Below, in pieces: positions 41,359 through 53,288 of a stretch of DNA of 64,000 nucleotides. Under the pieces are notes generated by a model. The model had not been told where the DNA came from. It worked only from the letters and a program-made list of their open reading frames with translations, and did no database searches. Source of the DNA: Thermoleophilia bacterium (GTDB lineage Bacteria; Actinomycetota; Thermoleophilia; RBG-16-64-13); NCBI GenBank assembly GCA_050943595.1, contig JBMNPM010000001.1:877-64876 (forward strand), written 5' to 3'. Made by a program: the position numbers and the translations under genes. The stretch's first letter is position 1. Every line of letters begins with the position of its first letter.

Positions 41359-42192
41359 ATGGCGATAAAGAACTACAAGCCGACATCCCCTGGACGCAGA
41401 TTCGCGGCCACGCCGGCCTTCAGGGAGATTACGAAGAGCAGGCCGGAAAAGGCGCTCACACGTCCGGTCAAGCGCAAGGGGGGTCGTAACAATAACGGCC
41501 GTATCACCACGCGGCACCAAGGGGGCGGCCACAAACGGCGCTATCGTGTCATAGATTTCAAGCGCGACAAGGATGGCGTTCCCGGTCGTGTGGCGTCTAT
41601 CGAGTATGACCCGAACCGCAGTTGCCGCATTGCCCTCATTGTGTATCGAGATGGCGAAAAGCGGTATATCCTGGCACCGAACAAGCTGAACGTTGGTGAT
41701 GTTGTTGAAGCCGGTCCGACTGCCGACATCCGGGTTGGATGTGCTCTGCCGATTAGGAATATCCCGGTGGGTACCGTTGTGCACAATATCGAGTTGCACA
41801 AGGGTCGCGGGGGGCAGATTGCTCGGTCGGCGGGTGCTTCAGCTCAGGTGATGGCTAAGGAGAACGATTACGCCATCGTGCGTCTGCCGTCGGGTGAGAT
41901 GAGGATGATTCATCTTGGATGCCGGGCTACGGTGGGCGAGATCGGCAACGCGGAACACGAGAACCTGGCCACCGGGAAGGCGGGGCGTAGGCGCTGGATG
42001 GGCGCACGCCCGGCTGTCCGAGGCACGACGATGAACCCGGTGGACCACCCACACGGTGGTGGCGAGGGTTCCACGCCTCCCGGCCGTAACCCGGTTACCC
42101 CGTGGGGTGTCCCGACTCTGGGGCACAAGACCAGAAAAGCAAAGAATCCTTCGAACAAATACATCGTCAGGCGACGGGGCAAAGGGAGGTAG
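41359..42192 (+). CDS. rplB: 50S ribosomal protein L2
   Basis: YKPTSPGRR...[15 protein letters not shown]...[12 protein letters not shown]. Confidence 0.98.
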   Translation: MAIKNYKPTSPGRRFAATPAFREITKSRPEKALTRPVKRKGGRNNNGRITTRHQGGGHKRRYRVIDFKRDKDGVPGRVASIEYDPNRSCRIALIVYRDGEKRYILAPNKLNVGDVVEAGPTADIRVGCALPIRNIPVGTVVHNIELHKGRGGQIARSAGASAQVMAKENDYAIVRLPSGEMRMIHLGCRATVGEIGNAEHENLATGKAGRRRWMGARPAVRGTTMNPVDHPHGGGEGSTPPGRNPVTPWGVPTLGHKTRKAKNPSNKYIVRRRGKGR

Positions 42193-42201
42193 TAGAGCAT
42201 C

Positions 42202-42486
42202 GTGGCACGTTCTAGCAAGAAAGCTCCCTTCGTCGAAGAGCGGCTTATGCAGCGGGTTGAGGCTATGAATGAGACCGGTGAGAAGCGTATGCTGAAGACC
42301 TGGTCGCGGGCCTCCACGATCTATCCGGAGATGATCGGGCATACCATCGCGGTGCATGACGGCCGTAAACATGTGCCCGTGTATGTCACTGAGAGCATGG
42401 TGGGGCATCGACTGGGGGAATTCGCGTTGACCCGCACCTATCGCGGTCACGGCGGCAACAAAGAACGCCGCATGAGGAGGAAGTAG
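42202..42486 (+). CDS. rpsS: 30S ribosomal protein S19
   Basis: RSSKKAPFV...[30 protein letters not shown]. Confidence 0.98.
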   Translation: MARSSKKAPFVEERLMQRVEAMNETGEKRMLKTWSRASTIYPEMIGHTIAVHDGRKHVPVYVTESMVGHRLGEFALTRTYRGHGGNKERRMRRK

Positions 42487-42489
42487 GGG

Positions 42490-42828
42490 ATGGTCAACGC
42501 TACTGCAAAGTTTGTCCGGGTCTCTCCCCGCAAGGCAAGGGATGTGACGGCACTCATCCGCGGTAAGCAGGTGGCTGAGGCCAAGGCCATCTTGATGCTC
42601 AGTCCTCGGGCTGCGGCTAAGTTGGTGGGGAAGGTTCTGGATTCTGCTGTTGCCAATGCGGAGAACAACAACAGCCTTGACGCCGAGGATCTGTATGTCA
42701 TGCAGGCGTACGTGAATCCCGGCCCGATCATCAAGCGTTTCCGGCCGCGGGCGATGGGGCGTGCGAGTCGCATACGGAAGCGGACTAGCCACATCACCGT
42801 TAGTGTCGGCGAAAAGAAGGAGTCGTAG
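42490..42828 (+). CDS. rplV: 50S ribosomal protein L22
   Basis: [21 protein letters not shown]...[27 protein letters not shown]. Confidence 0.97.
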   Translation: MVNATAKFVRVSPRKARDVTALIRGKQVAEAKAILMLSPRAAAKLVGKVLDSAVANAENNNSLDAEDLYVMQAYVNPGPIIKRFRPRAMGRASRIRKRTSHITVSVGEKKES

Positions 42829-42831
42829 CAG

Positions 42832-43506
42832 GTGGGTCAGAAAGTTCATCCGGGAGGCATGCGCCTCGGCATCATCCATGACTGGAAGGCTCACTGGTAT
42901 ACCGAGAAGCAGTTCGCGGACTTCTTGCGTGAGGATTTGGACATCCGCAGGCATATCCAGAACAAGATGGGCCATGCTGGCCTCTCCGATATCGTTATCC
43001 GCAAGGACACGAATAAGGTAGTCATCGACATCCACACGGCCCGTCCGGGTATCGTTATCGGCAAGTCCGGTTCGGAGGTGGATGCGCTGCGGCGTGAGCT
43101 CCATGACATGACCGGCAAGACCGTGCATGTGAACATCGTCGAGATCAAGAGGCCGGAACTCGATGCGAGTCTGGTGGCGCAGTCGATCGCCGAACAGTTG
43201 GCGAATCGGGTCAGTTTTCGCCGGGCTATGAAGAGAGCCATAACGTCCGCCATGCGCTCTGGTGCTGTTGGCATCAGGGTTCGATCGGGGGGGCGTCTGG
43301 GCGGCGCTGAGATGGCCCGCACCGAGGGCTACAGTGAGGGCCGGGTACCGTTGCACACCCTGCGGGCCGATATCGACTACGGTTTCTGGGAAGCCAAGAC
43401 CACATTCGGCAAGATTGGCGTGAAGGTGTGGATAAACAAGGGCGAGATTATGCCCGAGGGGTTCGATCAGGGTTCTCGTTCGCAGGCGGAGACTCGTTCA
43501 AGCTGA
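42832..43506 (+). CDS. rpsC: 30S ribosomal protein S3
   Basis: [23 protein letters not shown]...KH domain...[10 protein letters not shown]. Confidence 0.98.
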   Translation: MGQKVHPGGMRLGIIHDWKAHWYTEKQFADFLREDLDIRRHIQNKMGHAGLSDIVIRKDTNKVVIDIHTARPGIVIGKSGSEVDALRRELHDMTGKTVHVNIVEIKRPELDASLVAQSIAEQLANRVSFRRAMKRAITSAMRSGAVGIRVRSGGRLGGAEMARTEGYSEGRVPLHTLRADIDYGFWEAKTTFGKIGVKVWINKGEIMPEGFDQGSRSQAETRSS

Positions 43507-43591
43507 TGTGTTGCCGGCCATGGGCTGCGGTCGGAGGGTGAGAGAAACGCCCGGGACCGTGGACTGAGCCGGAGAAAACGAAGGATGAAAG

Positions 43592-44002
43592 ATGCTACTA
43601 CCAAAACGGGTTAAGCACCGGAAAGAGCACCGGGGGCGTATGGCCGGTATATCGAAGGGCCAGACCACGGTCCAGTTCGGTGAGTACGGCCTGCAGGCTA
43701 TGCAGCCTGGGTGGGTGACCAGTCGGCAGATAGAGGCAGCGCGTATCGCGATGACCCGGAAGATCAAGCGCGGTGGGAAGGTGTGGATCAATATCTTCCC
43801 GCAAAAGCCGATCACCAAGAAGCCGGCTGAGACCCGCATGGGCTCCGGCAAGGGCTCCCCCGACCAGTGGGTTGCAGTGATCAAGCCGGGATGTGTGATG
43901 TTTGAATTGGCGGGCGTACCCGAGGACCTGGCCAAGGAGGCCCTCCGGTTGGCGGCGCACAAACTTCCTGTCAAATGTAGATTCGCGACAAGGGAGGATT
44001 GA
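43592..44002 (+). CDS. rplP: 50S ribosomal protein L16
   Basis: [17 protein letters not shown]...[21 protein letters not shown]. Confidence 0.98.
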   Translation: MLLPKRVKHRKEHRGRMAGISKGQTTVQFGEYGLQAMQPGWVTSRQIEAARIAMTRKIKRGGKVWINIFPQKPITKKPAETRMGSGKGSPDQWVAVIKPGCVMFELAGVPEDLAKEALRLAAHKLPVKCRFATRED

Positions 44003-44006
44003 GGCA

Positions 44007-44207
44007 TTGAAGGCTAAGGACTTGGTCGAACTCGCCGATGAGGAATTGGCTACGAGGCTCAAACAGTCCCGTGAGGAGCTGTTCAACCTACGGTTCCAGC
44101 ACGCCGCGGGTCAGCTGGAGAACACCAGCCGTCTGCGCCAGGTGCGCCAGGATATCGCCAGGATCATGACGGTGCAGTCCGCGAGAGAACGGGCGAGGGA
44201 GTTTTGA
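44007..44207 (+). CDS. rpmC: 50S ribosomal protein L29
   Basis: TTG start at 44007, 4 nt after rplP: [39 protein letters not shown]. The upstream part of ORF 43902 overlaps rplP. Confidence 0.9.
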   Translation: MKAKDLVELADEELATRLKQSREELFNLRFQHAAGQLENTSRLRQVRQDIARIMTVQSARERAREF

Positions 44208-44470
44208 TGGGTGAACAGCGAGAGATGAGACAGCGGGAGCGACTGGGCGTGGTCGTCTCTGACAAGATGGACAAGACTGTCGTAGTCGAGGTCAACGCTC
44301 TGAAGCCGCATCCCGAATACAAGAAAGTGGTGCGTCGGACCACCCGTCTCAAGGCTCATGACGAGCTCAATGACGCCCATACGGGTGACACCGTACTGGT
44401 GCGGGAGTGTCGGCCCCTTTCCCGGGATAAGACGTGGCGCCTTATCAAGGTGCTCGAGCGGGCTGAGTAG
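44204..44470 (+). CDS. rpsQ: 30S ribosomal protein S17
   Basis: [20 protein letters not shown]...[18 protein letters not shown]. Confidence 0.97.
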   Translation: MMGEQREMRQRERLGVVVSDKMDKTVVVEVNALKPHPEYKKVVRRTTRLKAHDELNDAHTGDTVLVRECRPLSRDKTWRLIKVLERAE

Positions 44471-44498
44471 TACCGCCGACAGGAGTGGGTGGAAAACG

Positions 44499-44867
44499 AT
44501 GATTCAAGTGGAAACTATGCTGAGAGTGGCCGACAACACCGGTGCGCGGGAGTTGTTGTGCATCCGCATCAAGGGCGGGTCACGCCGGCGCTACGCCGGG
44601 GTCGGTGACATCATTGTCGGGACGGTCAAAGAGGCCACCCCTGGCGGTACGGTAAAGAAAGGCGATGTGGTGGAGGCAGTCGTGGTCAGGGTCAAGAAGA
44701 TGTATGGGCGCCGTGACGGGACATACATCGGTTTTGATGAGAACGCGGCTGTAATCATCGACCGGCAGAACAATCCCCGCGGTACTCGTATCTTCGGTCC
44801 GGTGGGGCGGGAGTTGCGTGACAGGAACTTCGCCAAGATAGTCTCGCTGGCGCCGGAGGTACTCTGA
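44499..44867 (+). CDS. rplN: 50S ribosomal protein L14
   Basis: ATG 44499: [27 protein letters not shown]. The ORF-track start 44358 overlaps rpsQ. Confidence 0.97.
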   Translation: MIQVETMLRVADNTGARELLCIRIKGGSRRRYAGVGDIIVGTVKEATPGGTVKKGDVVEAVVVRVKKMYGRRDGTYIGFDENAAVIIDRQNNPRGTRIFGPVGRELRDRNFAKIVSLAPEVL

Positions 44868-45211
44868 TGGCTAAGACCGCGACTCAGAACAAGAAGTTTC
44901 GTATCAAGAAGGGTGACACAGTTGAGGTCATCCAGGGTAAAGAAGCCGGTAAACGTGGCAAAGTGCTGCGGCTGGTGGCGGACGATGAGCGCGTGGTGGT
45001 GGAAAGAGTCAACTTCGTCAAGCGGCACGTTCGTCCCTCGCAGAAGACTCCCCAAGGTGGGGTCATTGAGCGGGAAGCCAGCATGCACATCAGTACTGTC
45101 CAGCTGGTATGCCCCGGCTGTGGTCGGCCCGCCCGAGTGGGCGTGCGCATGGAGGGCCAGGACAAGGTCCGTTACTGCAAAAAGTGCAATGTCCAGGTGG
45201 ATAAAGGTTAG
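44867..45211 (+). CDS. rplX: 50S ribosomal protein L24
   Basis: KOW motif [22 protein letters not shown]. The C-terminus has CPGC...CKKC. Confidence 0.96.
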   Translation: MAKTATQNKKFRIKKGDTVEVIQGKEAGKRGKVLRLVADDERVVVERVNFVKRHVRPSQKTPQGGVIEREASMHISTVQLVCPGCGRPARVGVRMEGQDKVRYCKKCNVQVDKG

Positions 45212-45213
45212 CG

Positions 45214-45762
45214 ATGGCAGTTCCTAGACTGAAAGAGAAGTACAGCACGCAGATCCTGCCGGCCATGCGCGAGCAGTTCGGCTACGTGAACGTGATGCAG
45301 GTTCCGCGCGTCACCAAGGTGACCATAAACATGGGCGTGGGTGAGGGTATCCACGATGCCAAGGCATTGGAAGAGGCGGCCACGCAACTGGGCCAAATCG
45401 CCGGACAGAAGGCTCAAGTCCGGCGTGCGCGTAAGTCGGTTGCCAATTTCAAGCTGCGCACTGGTATGCCGGTGGGGCTGCGGGTCACCCTGCGGGGCGA
45501 TCGCATGTATGAGATGTTGGATCGCTTGATGAGCATCGCCCTGCCGCGTATTCGCGACTTTCGTGGCGTGGCGCCGGGCAGCTTCGACGGCCGGGGCAAC
45601 TACAATCTGGGTGTGAAGGAGCAGATCATCTTCCCCGAGATTCAGTACGACAAGATCGATCGGCTACGGGGGATGGATATTGCCATTACCACCACGGCCA
45701 AGACGGACGCCGAAGGGCGGGCGCTGCTGAAGCTGCTGGGCATGCCCTTCCGCGAGAGTTGA
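45214..45762 (+). CDS. rplE: 50S ribosomal protein L5
   Basis: [21 protein letters not shown]...[13 protein letters not shown]. Confidence 0.98.
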   Translation: MAVPRLKEKYSTQILPAMREQFGYVNVMQVPRVTKVTINMGVGEGIHDAKALEEAATQLGQIAGQKAQVRRARKSVANFKLRTGMPVGLRVTLRGDRMYEMLDRLMSIALPRIRDFRGVAPGSFDGRGNYNLGVKEQIIFPEIQYDKIDRLRGMDIAITTTAKTDAEGRALLKLLGMPFRES

Positions 45763-45780
45763 AGATAGGAGCATCAGCGC

Positions 45781-45966
45781 ATGGCAAAAAAATCGATGAT
45801 CGCTAAGGCACGGCGCCCGCAGAAGTACGCCGTCCGGAGCCATAACCGTTGCTTCCGTTGTGGTAGGCCTCGGGGTTATGTCCGTCGCTTTGGCTTGTGC
45901 CGTATCTGTTTCCGGGAGTTGGCCCACGCGGGAGTCATCCCCGGTGTCACCAAGTCGAGCTGGTAG
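45781..45966 (+). CDS. rpsN: 30S ribosomal protein S14, type Z (Zn-binding, 61 aa)
   Basis: [12 protein letters not shown]...[23 protein letters not shown] (CxxC-x12-CxxC). Confidence 0.96.
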   Translation: MAKKSMIAKARRPQKYAVRSHNRCFRCGRPRGYVRRFGLCRICFRELAHAGVIPGVTKSSW

Positions 45967-45974
45967 GAGGGGGC

Positions 45975-46373
45975 ATGTCGCACACAGATTCTATCGCCGA
46001 CATGCTGACCCGCGTACGCAACGCGAATAAGGCGCTGCACGCTCAGGTCGCTATGCCGGCTTCCGGACAGAGGGTGGAGTTGGCCCGCGTTCTCAAGGAT
46101 GAGGGGTACATCACCGACTACTCCGTGGTCAAAGAAGGTAGTTTCGATACTCTTGTTATCGAGCTCAAGTACACTGACGGTCGCCACCGCGTAATCGCGC
46201 AGTTGAAGAGAGTCAGTAAGCCGGGTCGCCGCATCTATGCCAAGAAAGATAACCTCCCCAAGGTCCTTGGAGGCCTGGGTACTGCGGTCATCTCCACCTC
46301 GCGTGGGTTGATGACGGCGCGCGAGGCACAACGGCAGGGTGTAGGCGGCGAAGTCGTCTGCTTCGTCTGGTAA
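45975..46373 (+). CDS. rpsH: 30S ribosomal protein S8
   Basis: ATG 45975: [17 protein letters not shown]... The ORF-track start 45897 overlaps rpsN. Confidence 0.97.
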   Translation: MSHTDSIADMLTRVRNANKALHAQVAMPASGQRVELARVLKDEGYITDYSVVKEGSFDTLVIELKYTDGRHRVIAQLKRVSKPGRRIYAKKDNLPKVLGGLGTAVISTSRGLMTAREAQRQGVGGEVVCFVW

Positions 46374-46377
46374 GGCT

Positions 46378-46911
46378 ATGTCAAGAATAGGTAGAGCACC
46401 CATAACAGTTCCCGCCGGTGTCGATGTGACAATCGCGGGTCAGAATGTCGCTGTGAAAGGTCCCAAGGGCCAGATGGCGGTGGACGTTCACCCTGGCATG
46501 CGCGTCTCGATGGATGAGGGCGTCATGACGGTACAACGTCCGGACGATACTGCGCCCAATCGCTCCCTCCATGGGCTGACGCGCACCCTGCTCTCCAATA
46601 TGGTGACAGGAGTGACCACCGGCTTCGAGAAGAGGCTGGAGATCGTAGGTGTTGGCTATCGTGCGTCGAAAAAGGGTGACGATCTCGAGATATTGGTCGG
46701 TTATTCACACCCGGTGGTCGTACAGCCGCCGGAGAACATCGAGTTCGACGTTCCTGCCCCCACCCAGATCGTGGTACGGGGTATCGACAAGCAGCGCGTG
46801 GGCCAAGTAGCCGCTGAGATCCGGTCTATCCGTAAGCCTGAGCCGTACAAGGGTAAAGGCATTCGCTACGAGGGTGAGCCGGTGCGGCGCAAGGTCGGCA
46901 AGCGGGCGTAG
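46378..46911 (+). CDS. rplF: 50S ribosomal protein L6
   Basis: [17 protein letters not shown]...[14 protein letters not shown]. Confidence 0.98.
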   Translation: MSRIGRAPITVPAGVDVTIAGQNVAVKGPKGQMAVDVHPGMRVSMDEGVMTVQRPDDTAPNRSLHGLTRTLLSNMVTGVTTGFEKRLEIVGVGYRASKKGDDLEILVGYSHPVVVQPPENIEFDVPAPTQIVVRGIDKQRVGQVAAEIRSIRKPEPYKGKGIRYEGEPVRRKVGKRA

Positions 46912-46926
46912 CAAGAAGAGGAGAGC

Positions 46927-47283
46927 ATGAGTATTCAAGAGAACATCAAGCGGACCCGGGACAAGCGCGCCCTCCGGGTGCACAGCCGGGTTCGCGGTAC
47001 GACCGAGCGTCCGCGACTTTCCGTCTTCCGATCAAACCGTGCCATCTGGGTTCAGGTCATCGATGACAGTGTGGGTCGCACTCTGGCGAGCGCGAGCAGC
47101 CAGAATTTGACCGAGCAGGGTCTGTCGAAGACGGATCAGGCGACGAAGGTGGGCGAGTTGGTGGCCGAGAGGGCCAAGGCGGCGGGGGTGGAGCGCGTCG
47201 TCTTCGATAGAGGATCGTATTTGTATCACGGCCGGGTCAAAGCTCTGGCGGATGGTGCTCGCCAGGGCGGCCTGGATTTCTGA
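46927..47283 (+). CDS. rplR: 50S ribosomal protein L18
   Basis: [20 protein letters not shown]...[20 protein letters not shown]. Confidence 0.97.
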   Translation: MSIQENIKRTRDKRALRVHSRVRGTTERPRLSVFRSNRAIWVQVIDDSVGRTLASASSQNLTEQGLSKTDQATKVGELVAERAKAAGVERVVFDRGSYLYHGRVKALADGARQGGLDF

Positions 47284-47300
47284 GGGAGAGAGGTAGGACT

Positions 47301-47882
47301 TTGGCGCAGATCAAGGCAGATTCGCTCAACCTTCAGGAGAGCGTGATCCATATCAACCGCGTGGCCAAGGTGGTCAAGGGCGGCCGGCGCTTCTCGTTCA
47401 CGGCTCTTGTAGCGGTGGGCGATGGAGAGAGCACGGTCGGCCTGGGCTACGGGAAGGCCAAGGAAGTCCCGCTGGCCATCCAGAAGGCCATCGAGGATGC
47501 ACGAAAGAACTTGTTCGTGGTCCCCAAGCACGGCACCACCATCACGCATGAGGTGTTGGGGCGCTATGGCGCAGGCCGGGTCATGTTGCGGCCTGCTTCA
47601 GCCGGTACCGGTGTTATTGCAGGTGGCGGTGTACGCGCCTTGCTCGAACTGGGCGGGGTGCAAGATGTCCTGACAAAATGCCTGGGCACTACGAATCCGA
47701 TCAACATGGTACGGGCCGCCGAGGCTGGTCTCCGCTCGTTGCGGCGTCCTGAGGACATTGCGCGCCAGAGAGGCAAGACCGTCCGTGAGATCCTCGGTTT
47801 CCCCGCTGAGGCGGCGGAACCGGTGACAGAATCGGCGGAAGAGCCGGCGGAGGCGCTTACCCCCGCGGTAACGGGAGAGTGA
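47301..47882 (+). CDS. rpsE: 30S ribosomal protein S5 (with short acidic C-terminal extension)
   Basis: [27 protein letters not shown]...[12 protein letters not shown]. Confidence 0.97.
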   Translation: MAQIKADSLNLQESVIHINRVAKVVKGGRRFSFTALVAVGDGESTVGLGYGKAKEVPLAIQKAIEDARKNLFVVPKHGTTITHEVLGRYGAGRVMLRPASAGTGVIAGGGVRALLELGGVQDVLTKCLGTTNPINMVRAAEAGLRSLRRPEDIARQRGKTVREILGFPAEAAEPVTESAEEPAEALTPAVTGE

Positions 47883-47886
47883 CACG

Positions 47887-48078
47887 ATGATTAAGATCAC
47901 TCAGGTTAGAAGCAGGATTAATCGCAAGAAAGACCACAAGGCCACGCTTGACGCATTGGGCATCAGTCGTATGGGCCAGACCGTCTACCACGAAGATACT
48001 CCGGCCATCCGGGGCATGGTGCACAAGATCTCGTACATGCTCGAAGTGACCGAAGTCGACATCAAGGATGAAGGATAA
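47887..48078 (+). CDS. rpmD: 50S ribosomal protein L30
   Basis: [25 protein letters not shown]. Confidence 0.96.
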   Translation: MIKITQVRSRINRKKDHKATLDALGISRMGQTVYHEDTPAIRGMVHKISYMLEVTEVDIKDEG

Positions 48079-48080
48079 CG

Positions 48081-48554
48081 ATGGGAGACATCTTCCTGCA
48101 CAACCTCCGGCCGGATCCGGGCTCTAGGCACAGCAAGAAGCGCGTTGGACGCGGTGAGGGTTCCGGATTAGGCAAGACCTCCGGGCGGGGGCACAAAGGC
48201 TCGAAGCAGCGTTCGGGTGGTCAGATCTCGGCCCGCTACGAGGGCGGCCAGATGCCGTTGCACATGCGCACTCCCAAGCTGCGGGGTTCGTATGCCAAGA
48301 CGGCTATGTCTATAGGCCCCTTCCGGACCTACATGACTCCTGTCAACCTGTCGCGCCTAGCCGTTTTTGCCGCCGGCGAGGTCGTCTCACCGGAGACGTT
48401 GGCCCTTAAGGGCATCATTAAGAAGGCGGATGAACGGGTCAAGATCCTGGGCGACGGAGAAGTGGTCTCAGCACTCACCATCAAAGCGCAAGGATTCAGC
48501 GCTGCAGCAAAAGCCAAGATCGAAGCGGCCGGTGGTACGGCAGAAGTGATCTGA
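48081..48554 (+). CDS. rplO: 50S ribosomal protein L15
   Basis: [27 protein letters not shown]. Confidence 0.97.
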   Translation: MGDIFLHNLRPDPGSRHSKKRVGRGEGSGLGKTSGRGHKGSKQRSGGQISARYEGGQMPLHMRTPKLRGSYAKTAMSIGPFRTYMTPVNLSRLAVFAAGEVVSPETLALKGIIKKADERVKILGDGEVVSALTIKAQGFSAAAKAKIEAAGGTAEVI

Positions 48555-48600
48555 CCAGGGTGCTGAACGAAGCGCTGCGGACCATAGGGGTGAGAACCTG

Positions 48601-49851
48601 ATGTTGGAATCCTTGCTCAATGCATGGAGGCTACCCGATCTTCGGAAGAAGCTGCTGTTCACGGCCCTGATGATCGCCATCTACAGACTGGGATGCTTCA
48701 TCCCGGTGCCCGGCGTTGATGTGAACGCCGTGGCGGAGATGTTCAATACCGGTGGCGTGTTCGATTTTTATAACCTCTTCAGTGGAGGAGGCTTGCAGCG
48801 TATTGCCATCTTCGCTATGGGGATCATGCCGTACATCACGGCTTCGATCATCATGCAGCTTGTGACTATGGCGATACCCCGTCTGGCTGCACTCATGAAG
48901 GAGGGTGAGTCCGGGCAGAAGAAAGTCAACCAATACACCCGCTATTTCACAGGCGTGCTGGCCTTCATAGAGGCGGTTGGCTTTGTATTCCTCTTCCGTA
49001 GCTACGGGGCATTCCCTGCAGACGCGCCGTTGAACGCCATGCGCTTTTGGCTCATCGTCTTGGCTCTCACTGTGGGAGCCGTGCTCGTCATGTGGATGGG
49101 CGAGTTGGTCACCCAGCGCGGCATCGGGAACGGCATATCCTTGATGATCTTCGCCAGCATTGTATCCGGGCTCCCCGGTGGACTGCAGAAGTTGTTCTCG
49201 CTGAATCCGGCCTACTGGGTGCTCATGGCCATCGTCGCGGTCTTGGTGGTGGCGGCGATCGTGTACATCACGGAGGGTCAGCGCCGGATTCCGGTGCAGT
49301 ACGCGAAGAGGGTGGTGGGACGGAAGGTGTACGGAGGACAGAGCACGTATCTGCCGCTTCGTATAAACATGGCGGGCGTGATCCCGGTCATCTTCGCCTC
49401 GTCGGTGTTGCTGTTCCCGGTCACGCTGGCGCAGATGACACCGTGGGGTTGGGCCAAGAGCCTCTCGAACGCCATCGGTCCGGCGACGTGGTGGTACATC
49501 GTCGCCGAAGTCATACTCATCGTCCTGTTCACGTATTTCTACACGGCGGTGCAGTTCAACCCCATCGATCAGGCCGATAATCTGAAGAAGTACGGTGGGT
49601 TCGTGCCCGGCATCCGTCCTGGACGGCCAACGGCGGCCTATCTCGACCGGGTACTGACCAGAATCACGTTTCCGGGGGCGCTGTTCTTGGCGGCGATAGT
49701 GCTTCTGCCTACCGCCCTCATCAAGGGCTTCGACATACCGTTCTACTTCGGGGGGACCTCCTTGCTGATCGTTGTGGGTGTGGCGCTCGACACGATGAAG
49801 CAGATGGAAGCCCAGTTGTTGATGCGCCATTATGAGGGATTCCTCAAGTAG
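48601..49851 (+). CDS. secY: Preprotein translocase subunit SecY
   Basis: 416 aa multi-TM protein; LRKKLLFTALMIAIYRLG, IFAMGIMPYITASIIMQL. Confidence 0.98.
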   Translation: MLESLLNAWRLPDLRKKLLFTALMIAIYRLGCFIPVPGVDVNAVAEMFNTGGVFDFYNLFSGGGLQRIAIFAMGIMPYITASIIMQLVTMAIPRLAALMKEGESGQKKVNQYTRYFTGVLAFIEAVGFVFLFRSYGAFPADAPLNAMRFWLIVLALTVGAVLVMWMGELVTQRGIGNGISLMIFASIVSGLPGGLQKLFSLNPAYWVLMAIVAVLVVAAIVYITEGQRRIPVQYAKRVVGRKVYGGQSTYLPLRINMAGVIPVIFASSVLLFPVTLAQMTPWGWAKSLSNAIGPATWWYIVAEVILIVLFTYFYTAVQFNPIDQADNLKKYGGFVPGIRPGRPTAAYLDRVLTRITFPGALFLAAIVLLPTALIKGFDIPFYFGGTSLLIVVGVALDTMKQMEAQLLMRHYEGFLK

Positions 49852-49881
49852 CGCGCCCAAGGCTAAGGGAGTGATGAGACA

Positions 49882-50574
49882 GTGAGTCAGTTCAATCTCA
49901 TATTGCTAGGCCCGCCCGGTGCGGGAAAGGGCACCCAGGCCGGTCGCATTGTGGCTGATTATGGTATCCCCCATATCTCTACGGGTGACATATTGCGTTC
50001 CGCGGTCAAGAATCAGACGCGGATGGGGCTGGAAGCCAAGAGGTACATGGATGCCGGTGAATTGGTGCCCGATAGCGTGGTCATCGGTATCGTTGAGGAC
50101 CGTCTCCAGGAGGCGGACACCGCGCAGGGTTTTCTCATGGATGGTTTTCCACGCACAATCCCCCAAGCGGAGGCTCTCGATGCAGCCCTTGAGCGGCTCG
50201 ATCGGTCCGTCGGCAAGACGATCGCTATCTTGGTGGATGAAGAGGATCTGGTTAAGCGCCTCACTGGACGGCGCATTTGCCGTGACTGTCAGGCGCCGTT
50301 CCATGTCATCTTCAATGCTCCTAAAGTCGAGGATGTGTGCGATCAGTGTGGGGGCGAGCTCTACCAGCGCGACGATGACAGTGAGGCGACGGTTCGTAAT
50401 CGGCTGGAGGTCTATCACAGCCAGACGGAGCCGCTTGTTGCCTACTACGATGCAGCAGGTATAGTCGTTCGCATCGATGGGGCGAAGGCGCCGGACGAGG
50501 TGTATGAAGACATCCGCGAAGCCTTGGGACCCGCTCCGGACGAACACGTCAACGACGTGAGAGCGGACCAGTGA
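49882..50574 (+). CDS. adk: Adenylate kinase (Zn-lid type, about 25-aa C-terminal extension)
   Basis: LLGPPGAGKGTQ P-loop. The lid carries CRDC...CDQC. Confidence 0.97.
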   Translation: MSQFNLILLGPPGAGKGTQAGRIVADYGIPHISTGDILRSAVKNQTRMGLEAKRYMDAGELVPDSVVIGIVEDRLQEADTAQGFLMDGFPRTIPQAEALDAALERLDRSVGKTIAILVDEEDLVKRLTGRRICRDCQAPFHVIFNAPKVEDVCDQCGGELYQRDDDSEATVRNRLEVYHSQTEPLVAYYDAAGIVVRIDGAKAPDEVYEDIREALGPAPDEHVNDVRADQ

Positions 50575-51332
50575 TCATACGAAAGTCAGAGGCTGAGATT
50601 GCCAAGATGGCCCGTGCAGGTGCGATACTTAGAGGCTGTTTGGATATGCTGGCGGATGAGGTCAGGGTCGGCATTACCACGAAGGAGCTCGATCTCCAGG
50701 CGGAAAAGTACATACGCGAGCACGGGGGTATTCCCACCTTCAAGGGATACCGTGGCTTCCCCGGGTCTATCTGCGCATCGCCAAACGACATGGTTGTGCA
50801 CGGCATTCCGGACAAGACGCGCTTGGAGGACGGCGATATCTTGGGTGTCGACGTGGGTGTGACACTGGAGGGCTACGTGGCTGACGGTGCCGTGACGTAT
50901 CCGGTAGGCTCCATTGAGGACGTCGCTAAGCGTCTGCTCGCGGTCACCGAGGAATCCCTGCGCAAGGGCATTGAGCAGTGCCGCGTCGGCAATCGCGTGG
51001 GTGATATATCGCATGCTGTTCAGACGTACGTAGAGGCCAACGGTTTCTCGGTAGTTCGGAGTATGGTCGGCCACGGCGTGGGCCGGGAGATGCATGAGGA
51101 CCCGCAGGTCCCGAATTTTGGACCCGCCGGTGTGGGGCCCCAGTTACGTGCGGGCATGGTCTTGGCCATCGAACCGATGGTCAACGTCGGCGGCCACGAA
51201 GTGGAGGTGGGTGGCGATTCGTGGGCCATCTACACTAAAGACGGTAGTCTGTCGGCACATTTTGAGCATACGGTGGCTGTCACTGAGCGGGGCCCACGAG
51301 TCCTGACTGTGTTGCCACAGGGCAGGGGGTAG
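50571..51332 (+). CDS. map: Methionine aminopeptidase, type I
   Basis: VVHGIPD...DVGV...HGVGREMHE...EPM metal-ligand pattern. Overlaps the adk stop. Confidence 0.96.
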   Translation: MIIRKSEAEIAKMARAGAILRGCLDMLADEVRVGITTKELDLQAEKYIREHGGIPTFKGYRGFPGSICASPNDMVVHGIPDKTRLEDGDILGVDVGVTLEGYVADGAVTYPVGSIEDVAKRLLAVTEESLRKGIEQCRVGNRVGDISHAVQTYVEANGFSVVRSMVGHGVGREMHEDPQVPNFGPAGVGPQLRAGMVLAIEPMVNVGGHEVEVGGDSWAIYTKDGSLSAHFEHTVAVTERGPRVLTVLPQGRG

Positions 51333-51379
51333 TTGAGTGAGGCCTTATGGTATGATGGACGGCCGGTGTTTGGGCAAGT

Positions 51380-51619
51380 ATGGAATGGTGGCCGATCGTG
51401 TGTCCTAAAGAAGAGGCAATAGAGCTGGAAGGCGAGATCGTCGAAGCTTTGCCGAACACTATGTTCAGGGTCAAGTTGGATAACGAACTCGAGATCCTGG
51501 CCCATATCTCCGGGAAGATGCGTATGAACTATATCCGCATCCTGCCCGGCGACAGAGTCAAGGTCGAGTTGTCGCCCTACGATCTGACCCGTGGTCGGAT
51601 CACATATCGCTTCAAGTAG
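51380..51619 (+). CDS. infA: Translation initiation factor IF-1
   Basis: [66 protein letters not shown]. The true start may be GTG 51398 (73 aa). Confidence 0.93.
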   Translation: MEWWPIVCPKEEAIELEGEIVEALPNTMFRVKLDNELEILAHISGKMRMNYIRILPGDRVKVELSPYDLTRGRITYRFK

Positions 51620-51633
51620 AGAAAGGGCAACGG

Positions 51634-51747
51634 ATGAAAGTCAGAGCGTCGGTGAAACCGATGTGTGAGAAATGCAAAATAGTGCGGCGGCGCGGTGTGG
51701 TGGTGGTCATCTGTCAGAACCCGCGCCACAAGCAGCGGCAAGGCTAG
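51634..51747 (+). CDS. rpmJ: 50S ribosomal protein L36 (Zn form)
   Basis: 37-aa ORF below the track cutoff: [37 protein letters not shown]. Confidence 0.93.
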   Translation: MKVRASVKPMCEKCKIVRRRGVVVVICQNPRHKQRQG

Positions 51748-51761
51748 GTAGGAGTAGCTAA

Positions 51762-52139
51762 ATGGCTCGAATCGCTGGTGTCACGCTCCCACGGGAGAAG
51801 CGGATAGAGATCGGTCTGACGTACGTCTATGGGATAGGCCGCTCAATGTCCAACAAAATCCTATCTGCCGTCGACATTGATCCCAACACGCATGTCAAAG
51901 ACCTCACTGAGGATGAAGAGATCCGGCTGCGTGGGTACATAGAGGACCACGTCCTCGTTGAGGGCGATCTACGCAGAGAGCGCAGTCAAAACATCAAACG
52001 GTTGATGGAAATCGGCTGCTATAGGGGCATCAGACACCGGCGGGGCATGCCGGTCCGCGGCCAGCGCACGAAGACGAACGCCCGGGTGCGCAAAGGACAC
52101 AAACCGACGGTGGGCGTCAAGAAGAAGGTGCGGGTCTAG
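51762..52139 (+). CDS. rpsM: 30S ribosomal protein S13
   Basis: [26 protein letters not shown]...[22 protein letters not shown]. Confidence 0.98.
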   Translation: MARIAGVTLPREKRIEIGLTYVYGIGRSMSNKILSAVDIDPNTHVKDLTEDEEIRLRGYIEDHVLVEGDLRRERSQNIKRLMEIGCYRGIRHRRGMPVRGQRTKTNARVRKGHKPTVGVKKKVRV

Positions 52140-52185
52140 CCGGGCGGCTGTCTCGCAGGATATATACGGACGGAGATAAAGGAAG

Positions 52186-52593
52186 ATGCCGAAACCGAAA
52201 CGCACTACCGCCGGTCCGCGCGGGCGGCGCCGCAAGACGCGGAAGAGCATAGCCGTGGGTAATGCTTACATCAAGACGTCGTTCAACAATACCTTGGTGA
52301 CCCTCACAGATAAAGAGGGCAACGTGATCGCGTGGGCGAGCGCCGGTTCGGCGGGCTTCAAGGGTTCACGTAAGTCCACTCCATTTGCCGCACAGGTTAC
52401 GGCGGAGCGGGCGGCACGGGTGGCCATGGAGCACGGTATGCAGAAGGTGGACTGCTACGTGAAGGGACCGGGCAGCGGTCGCGAGACGGCCATCCGCTCT
52501 CTACAGGCCACCGGTCTGGACGTTGCGAGTGTCAAAGACGTTACCCCCATCCCTCACAATGGCTGCCGTCCCAAGAAGCGGCGTCGGGTCTAA
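52186..52593 (+). CDS. rpsK: 30S ribosomal protein S11
   Basis: [20 protein letters not shown]...[14 protein letters not shown]...[13 protein letters not shown]. Confidence 0.98.
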   Translation: MPKPKRTTAGPRGRRRKTRKSIAVGNAYIKTSFNNTLVTLTDKEGNVIAWASAGSAGFKGSRKSTPFAAQVTAERAARVAMEHGMQKVDCYVKGPGSGRETAIRSLQATGLDVASVKDVTPIPHNGCRPKKRRRV

Positions 52594-52611
52594 GGCGGAG
52601 TAGGAACAAGA

Positions 52612-53238
52612 ATGGCGAGAGACAGATCTCCACAGTGCAAGCAGTGCCGCAGAGAAGGCGAAAAACTCTTCTTGAAAGGCGAGCGTTGTCTAACCGATAA
52701 GTGCGGTGTCGACCGGCGTGCATATCCCCCAGGGGAACACGGTCGCGGTCGCAGGCGCAAGCAGTCCGAATATCTAAACCAGTTGCGAGAGAAGCAGAAG
52801 GCCCGCAGATACTACGGGGTCCTCGAAGGGCAGTTCCGCAATTATTACTTCATGGCGGCTCGTCAGAGCGGTATTACGGGTGAGAACCTGTTGTGTCTGC
52901 TGGAATCGCGACTTGACAACGTGGTGTACCGGCTCGGCTTTGGCGCCTCCCGGCGACAGGCGAGGCAGTTGATCCGGCATGGTCACTTCACGGTGAACGG
53001 TCGCCGGGTAAACATCCCCTCGTACCGGGTCAAGACCGAGGATGTGATCGCCGCTGTACTCAAGAGCGAAGGCCTAAAGACCGTTATAGAAGGCGCGACG
53101 GATCTTACGGCCTCTGTACCGGCTTGGCTACAGGCCGACCACGACAACATGGTGGGTAAGGTGCTTCGTCCGCCCGCTCGGACCGACATTGACATCCCCA
53201 TCCAAGAGTCGCTCATCGTTGAGTTGTACTCCAAGTAG
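52612..53238 (+). CDS. rpsD: 30S ribosomal protein S4
   Basis: [18 protein letters not shown]...S4 domain [34 protein letters not shown]. Confidence 0.98.
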   Translation: MARDRSPQCKQCRREGEKLFLKGERCLTDKCGVDRRAYPPGEHGRGRRRKQSEYLNQLREKQKARRYYGVLEGQFRNYYFMAARQSGITGENLLCLLESRLDNVVYRLGFGASRRQARQLIRHGHFTVNGRRVNIPSYRVKTEDVIAAVLKSEGLKTVIEGATDLTASVPAWLQADHDNMVGKVLRPPARTDIDIPIQESLIVELYSK

Positions 53239-53288
53239 TGCTCGGGCTAGATTCCGGCGCCACAGGCGCGTAGAGATAGGAGGGCCGA

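Noticed and set aside
41839-43356. 505-aa ORF on the minus strand spanning rplB to rpsC
   Set aside because: It lies entirely antisense to highly conserved ribosomal protein genes. The Arg/Pro/Gly-rich, low-complexity translation is typical of shadow ORFs in GC-rich DNA, and no recognisable family was seen.
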